DNA of 29,525 nucleotides from Elusimicrobiota bacterium (GTDB lineage Bacteria; Elusimicrobiota; Elusimicrobia; UBA1565): NCBI GenBank assembly GCA_035536155.1, contig DATLOS010000404.1, positions 1 to 29,525 of the forward strand, read 5' to 3'. Shown piece by piece: positions 25,311 to 29,525 of this stretch (position 1 is its first letter; each line of letters starts with the position of its first letter). The notes under the pieces were generated by a model. It saw only the letters and a program-made list of their open reading frames with translations, ran no database searches and was not told where the DNA came from. The position numbers and the translations under genes were made by a program.

Positions 25311-25342
25311 TTGATGCAACGGCGGGCTTTCAAACGGACGCG

Positions 25343-26440
25343 ATGGAGCCCGAGATGCTCGCCGAACTGAAGGCCCTCCTGCGCGGCCCAGGCCCCGAGG
25401 CGGTCGCGCGGCTCCAGGCGCTCCTGGACGGCCTCGCCGCGCGCGGGAAGGGCCCCTTCGCCGTGCGCACCAGGCGCGCGGGGCACACGCTCCTTCACCT
25501 GGCCAGCCGCGCCGACAACGTCGACGCCTGCCGGATGCTCCTCCCGCGGTACTGCATCGACATGGGCAACTACCGGGGAGAGACCCCCCTGTACCTGGCC
25601 GCGGCGGGCGGCGCGGCCGCGGCCGTGCGCTTCCTCTTGAGCGAGGGCGCCGACCCGTGCGCCGTGCGCGGCTGCACCGGCTGCACGCCCTCCGAGGCCG
25701 CGGCGTCGCCCGAGATCCGCGCGATGCTCGGGGCGGCGGCCGAGAGCCGGCCCTTCGGCGGCCCCCGGCCGGTGCCCTTGTCCCTGCGGGAGGCGTACCT
25801 GTATCGGCTGTACATGCAGCGGCTCATGGAGCTGGAACTCGCGTACAGTCGAGGCCGGCAGGTCCGGCCCGACATCCTGTCGGACGAGGCGCTCAAGGTC
25901 CTCCGAGAGGAGGGCCTCCAGGGCCTGGCGCGGCGGTGCCGCGAGGCGGGCCGGCGGGCCGCGGCGGCCGGCTCCTGGCGAACGGAGCGCCGCGGCGGCT
26001 GCGCCCGTTGCGGCGCCCAGCCGGCCGCGGATCCCGTCCCGTGCAGCGGCAGGTGCCGCGCGGTAGGCTACTGCAGCGAGGCCTGTCGCGCGGCGGACCA
26101 CGCCCGCCACGCGGCGGATTGCGCGGAGCTCTCTCCGGGCTGCCACCACTGCGGCGCCGCGGGCGCCCGCCCGCTGAAGCGCTGCGGGCGCTGCCGGGAT
26201 GCGACCTACTGCGGCGGGGACTGCCAGAAGGCCGCGTGGGCGCTCCACAAAAAGGACTGCCGCGCCCCTGACCCGCTGGAGGACATCCAGCGCTTGGCTT
26301 CGCAGGGCGCGCTCATGGCGCCGCTGGCGCCCGCGAAGCCTTGTCCGGACCGCCGGCCGGCCGCGCCGAGCCACGGAGGGGGCGAGGCGAGCCGCGAGCC
26401 GTCGGGCGCCCAGCGCGGCGATCCGGGCGCGCCTATATGA
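25343..26440 (+). CDS. Ankyrin-repeat protein with two MYND fingers (365 aa)
   Basis: GHTLLHLAS and GETPLYLAA...VRFLLSEGADP are ankyrin repeats. Two MYND consensus matches near the C-terminus. Confidence 0.88.
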   Translation: MEPEMLAELKALLRGPGPEAVARLQALLDGLAARGKGPFAVRTRRAGHTLLHLASRADNVDACRMLLPRYCIDMGNYRGETPLYLAAAGGAAAAVRFLLSEGADPCAVRGCTGCTPSEAAASPEIRAMLGAAAESRPFGGPRPVPLSLREAYLYRLYMQRLMELELAYSRGRQVRPDILSDEALKVLREEGLQGLARRCREAGRRAAAAGSWRTERRGGCARCGAQPAADPVPCSGRCRAVGYCSEACRAADHARHAADCAELSPGCHHCGAAGARPLKRCGRCRDATYCGGDCQKAAWALHKKDCRAPDPLEDIQRLASQGALMAPLAPAKPCPDRRPAAPSHGGGEASREPSGAQRGDPGAPI

Positions 26441-27480
26441 TGCTGGCTCTCGCGTGCCTCGCCTTCCTTTTCTGCGTCGTTTTGGCCGCCGCCGGGATGC
26501 CCGGCGTAAGCCTGGGGCCGCGCGCGACGCTCGGCGGTGCCCGCAAGGGAGCTCGCGCGGCCCAGCCGTCAGACCAGGCGTGGGTCACCCTCGTGATGCG
26601 CGGCGACGCCTTCGTGCCGGGCGCGCTCGTCCTGGCGCACTCCCTGCGCCGCGTGAAGACCACGCGGGCTCTCGTGTGCATGGTCACGCCGGACGTGAGC
26701 CCCGACGCGCGCCGCAGCCTGGCCGAGCTCTTCGACCGCGTCCGCGAGGTCCCGTACATCGAGGCGCCGACCGCGCCCCTGCCGACCGAGAAGCAGCGGA
26801 AGCTGTACCCGTGGATCAGCCAGGCCTACACGAAGTGGAACTGCCTGGGGCTCACCGAGTGGCGCCGGGTGATCTTCGTCGACGCCGACATGTGTTTCGT
26901 CGAGAACGCCGACGAGCTGTTCAGGCTGCCGGCGCCGGCGGGGTGCTTCTGCTCGGCCTGGCTCGACGCCGAGTCCCCCTACCTCCGCTGGTGGCGCCGC
27001 CGCCACGCCGGCGCGGCCGAGCTGCCGCACGGCGCGGTCCTGCCGCCCGAGCTGCTGCTCGAGGCGCTCGAGAGCCCGACCTTCACCGCGATCGCGGCGC
27101 TCGTCGTCCTGGACACCGACGCGCAGGCCGCGGGCCGCTTCCGCGCCTTCCTCGCCGAGAACGCGCCGTACGGCGCGCGGCACCGGGTCCGGGGCAGCGG
27201 CGCCGACGAGACGAGCATCGTCGAGTTCACGGCCCGCGCGGGCCGGGCCTGGCGCCACGTCCACCCCCGCTACGAGGCGATCCCCCGGAAGGCGGGCTGG
27301 GGCGCCGGCGCCGGGCCGATCAAGGCCTGGCACTTCCACGGCGGCGACAAGCCGTGGGCGGTCGCGCCCGGCACCTGGCCCGACCTGGCGGCCTGGTGGG
27401 CGGAGGCCGAGCGCGCGCGCGTGGCGCGGCCGGCGCTGGCCCGGTGGCTGGCCCCGCCGGCTAAGCCGGCACAAGGATGA
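26437..27480 (+). CDS. GT8 (glycogenin-like) glycosyltransferase with N-terminal membrane anchor (347 aa)
   Basis: AWVTL...GALVLAHSLR, YTKWNCLGLT, IFVDAD (DxD) and HFHGGDKPW. ATGA overlap with the upstream stop and a TATATG start. Confidence 0.9.
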   Translation: MMLALACLAFLFCVVLAAAGMPGVSLGPRATLGGARKGARAAQPSDQAWVTLVMRGDAFVPGALVLAHSLRRVKTTRALVCMVTPDVSPDARRSLAELFDRVREVPYIEAPTAPLPTEKQRKLYPWISQAYTKWNCLGLTEWRRVIFVDADMCFVENADELFRLPAPAGCFCSAWLDAESPYLRWWRRRHAGAAELPHGAVLPPELLLEALESPTFTAIAALVVLDTDAQAAGRFRAFLAENAPYGARHRVRGSGADETSIVEFTARAGRAWRHVHPRYEAIPRKAGWGAGAGPIKAWHFHGGDKPWAVAPGTWPDLAAWWAEAERARVARPALARWLAPPAKPAQG

Positions 27481-28108
27481 CGTCGGGCTCCGGCGAGAGG
27501 ACCGCCTGGATCTGGCGGAAAGCGTGGCGGGCGTAGCTGCGGACGGCCTCGAGGCTGACAGGGTCTGCGCCCCCGTCCGCGTCCTGCAGGGTCTGGTGCG
27601 TGGCGCGCGCCAGCCGCGCGGCCAGCAGCCCTGCGGCGCCCTTGCCCGCGCAGCCACTGCCTTTTTCGATGCCCGTCAGGAGAGCCGCGACGACGAAGAG
27701 AGCGAAGCAGGCGTAGAGCACGTTGCGTACCGCGGGCTCGGGCCAGTCGACGAGGAGGAGCTTCAGCACCAGGAGCGCGGCGGCGGCCCAGACCAGGAAC
27801 CGGGCGACCGCCAGCGCCCAGCCGGCGGCGAACCAGAAGCGGGCGGCCTCCGAGCCGGCGCGCTCGAGCTGGAGCGCGTCGTCTTGCAGCGCCGCGAGGT
27901 CCCGCCCCGGCGTGAGGTCGGCCGCGGACGAGCCCCGCCGCCCCCGGCTCGAGCCGGGCCGGAGGCCGGGCAGCTCGGACGCGCTGTTGAGGTCGACGGT
28001 GACGGTCGAGCTGGCCCTGGACCGGCCGGGGCCGCCGGCCGTGCCGGCGCCCGGCGCGGGGAGCAGGGCCGCCTGGAGGTCTGCGCGTGGATCGCCGCCG
28101 CCCGCCAT
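27461..28108 (-). CDS. Two-transmembrane hypothetical protein (215 aa)
   Basis: Two hydrophobic helices (ALAVARFLVWAAAALLVLKLLLV and VLYACFALFVVAALLTGI). TATATG start and high GC3. Confidence 0.65.
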   Translation of the reverse strand: MAGGGDPRADLQAALLPAPGAGTAGGPGRSRASSTVTVDLNSASELPGLRPGSSRGRRGSSAADLTPGRDLAALQDDALQLERAGSEAARFWFAAGWALAVARFLVWAAAALLVLKLLLVDWPEPAVRNVLYACFALFVVAALLTGIEKGSGCAGKGAAGLLAARLARATHQTLQDADGGADPVSLEAVRSYARHAFRQIQAVLSPEPDVILVPA

Positions 28109-28146
28109 ATAGCGCCGCGGACCGAGGAGTTTGCGGGGCGACATAC

Positions 28147-29525
28147 ATGGCGAGCCAGACGACGCCCCGCGGCGCGAGCGCCCACGGGCTGATGAAGAAG
28201 ACGCCGAGGCTCTTCAACACCATCACCGTGGGCCGCCTGAGCGCGAACATGCTCGCGTCGATCCGCGCGCACCCCGAGCGGCTCGACCCGGCGACGATCG
28301 CCTACCCCGTGAAGGGGGCCGACCTCCCGCGCCAGTTCGACCCGCGGCGGCCGGACGGCGTCCCGCCGGAGGTCGTCTCGAGCTGGTTCTACCGCGCCTC
28401 CGACGGCAGCACCAACTCGATCCTGAGCGTCCCCCTGGACCAGGCCGGCTGCGGCTCGTGCTGGGCCTTCGCGGTGTCCTCGACCTTCACCGACACGATC
28501 CGCAAGGCGCTGCTGGACCGCTTCCACGAGAAGGCCTGCATCGTCTCGCGCTTCTTCGAGCCGCTGAATGTCTGCACCGGCGAGGCCGGCATGCAGGCGC
28601 CGATCAGCGGCGTCGTCAACGCCGACGCGCGGGCGCTGTACCCTGTCGAGTCGCGCAACCGCATCTCGGCCTACTACACCGCGGCCTTCGCGCCCAAGAT
28701 GCGCGACCGCTGCCCCGTCGTGGGCTTCGAGGACTGCACACACGACCTCTGCGGCCTGGCCGCGACGAAGTGGGCCGCGGCGCAGTACTCGGCCGGCCGC
28801 GACCCCGGCGACCTGCGCAGCCTCCTGGGCTCGCTGGCGACGACCTGCAAGGGCTGCGAGGGGAACCACATCGCGATGCCGCTGATCATGGCCTGCGGCA
28901 AGAAGGGCGACCCCGGGAAGGGGATGCTCCTCATCTCGGACTTCTCGGTCCAGGACTGGGCCTGCCTCTTCGGCGACGAGCGCGACGCGAAGGCCTTCTG
29001 CACGCCCGAGTTCCTCGACCCCGCGCTCGCCGGCCGCCAGGGGCCGCTCTACAAGGCCGACCGCTACGGCTACTACACGCCCGACGACCTGGCCCAGGGC
29101 CCCGCGGACATCGCCTCGATGGAGGAGTGGTTCCAGGCCGACATCTTCAACTACAGCACGATCGCGTGCGGCTTCAACGTCTACAAGTCTTTCGGGCGCT
29201 TCTTCGACCAGAGCCCGAAGGGGGTCTACACAGCGCTCGACTTCCTCGCCGACATCCGCGCCGACCCGGCGGCGAACGCCGAGCCCGAGGGCGGCCACGC
29301 GGTGGCCGTCGTCGGCTGGGGCGAGGAGAAGGTCCCTTTCCCCGGCACGCCGGGCAGTCGCCTCGTGCGCTACTGGATCGTGCGCAACTCCTGGGGGCGC
29401 GACTGGGGCGACGGCGGCTACTTCCGGATCGAGCGCCAGATGGACCTCGCGCTCACCGCGGCCGGCGTGCACCAGCGGGTCAACTTCGAGAGCGAGTTCG
29501 GCAACCTCTACTTCGCGCCCTACCC
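28147..29525 (+). CDS. Papain-family (C1A, cathepsin B-like) cysteine protease, 3' truncated by the window edge
   Basis: Translated by hand because it is absent from the ORF track (no stop). LPRQFD, DQAGCGSCWAF (Gln/Cys), GGHAVAVVGWG (His) and YWIVRNSWGRDWGDGGYFRI (Asn) are in one open frame from ATG 28147. Confidence 0.95.
   Translation, partial: MASQTTPRGASAHGLMKKTPRLFNTITVGRLSANMLASIRAHPERLDPATIAYPVKGADLPRQFDPRRPDGVPPEVVSSWFYRASDGSTNSILSVPLDQAGCGSCWAFAVSSTFTDTIRKALLDRFHEKACIVSRFFEPLNVCTGEAGMQAPISGVVNADARALYPVESRNRISAYYTAAFAPKMRDRCPVVGFEDCTHDLCGLAATKWAAAQYSAGRDPGDLRSLLGSLATTCKGCEGNHIAMPLIMACGKKGDPGKGMLLISDFSVQDWACLFGDERDAKAFCTPEFLDPALAGRQGPLYKADRYGYYTPDDLAQGPADIASMEEWFQADIFNYSTIACGFNVYKSFGRFFDQSPKGVYTALDFLADIRADPAANAEPEGGHAVAVVGWGEEKVPFPGTPGSRLVRYWIVRNSWGRDWGDGGYFRIERQMDLALTAAGVHQRVNFESEFGNLYFAPY

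Noticed and set aside
1144-29472. Many long ORFs antisense or out of frame to called genes (e.g. 1144-2490, 1206-2906, 5740-7059, 10598-12328, 19045-20595, 22030-24684, 23145-25229, 25256-26374, 27763-29472)
   Set aside because: Arg/Pro/Gly/Ala-rich shadows expected at this GC level. They have no motifs and no promoter or T5 signals, and they overlap genes with clear domains.
1-29525. tRNA, rRNA, introns or inteins, and bacterial origin of the window
   Set aside because: No cloverleaf or rRNA-like segment fits the short intergenic gaps, the ligase and dUTPase are uninterrupted, there is no Shine-Dalgarno pattern, and gene content is NCLDV/eukaryotic.

Overview
This window is a gene-dense, very GC-rich segment of an asfarvirus-related giant DNA virus (Nucleocytoviricota, Asfuvirales). 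It could be a free virus or an intact endogenised copy; I saw no frameshifts. ASFV-type anchors are an adjacent C717R-like kinase-fold gene and C122R/C105R-like RNA polymerase subunit RPB9, an NP419L-like ATP-dependent DNA ligase, and three F317L-like genes. These assignments rest on my recall of ASFV sequences and need BLAST confirmation. The flanks (about 1-3.2 kb and 21-29.5 kb) are about 75% GC or higher by spot counts. Between them lies a lower-GC accessory region of reshuffled paralog families (F317L-like x3 plus unnamed families B x3, C x3, D x2 and a Zn-finger pair), a nucleotidyltransferase-like gene, an MSV199/DUF3627 gene, dUTPase, an EsV-1-7 protein and two C1q-like genes. The right end encodes SET-MYND, ankyrin-2xMYND, a GT8 glycosyltransferase, a 2TM protein and a papain-family protease that runs off the window. 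Viral transcription signals are readable: a (A/T)(A/T)YTGAA-type element 15-30 nt before most ATGs, TATATG starts on membrane-protein genes, and T5 tracts after stops. The main candidate novelty is a membrane-anchored F317L-like JAB/JAMM family with one catalytically intact copy and two motif-degenerate copies. About 33 genes are supported; most other long ORFs in the track are antisense shadows caused by high GC.
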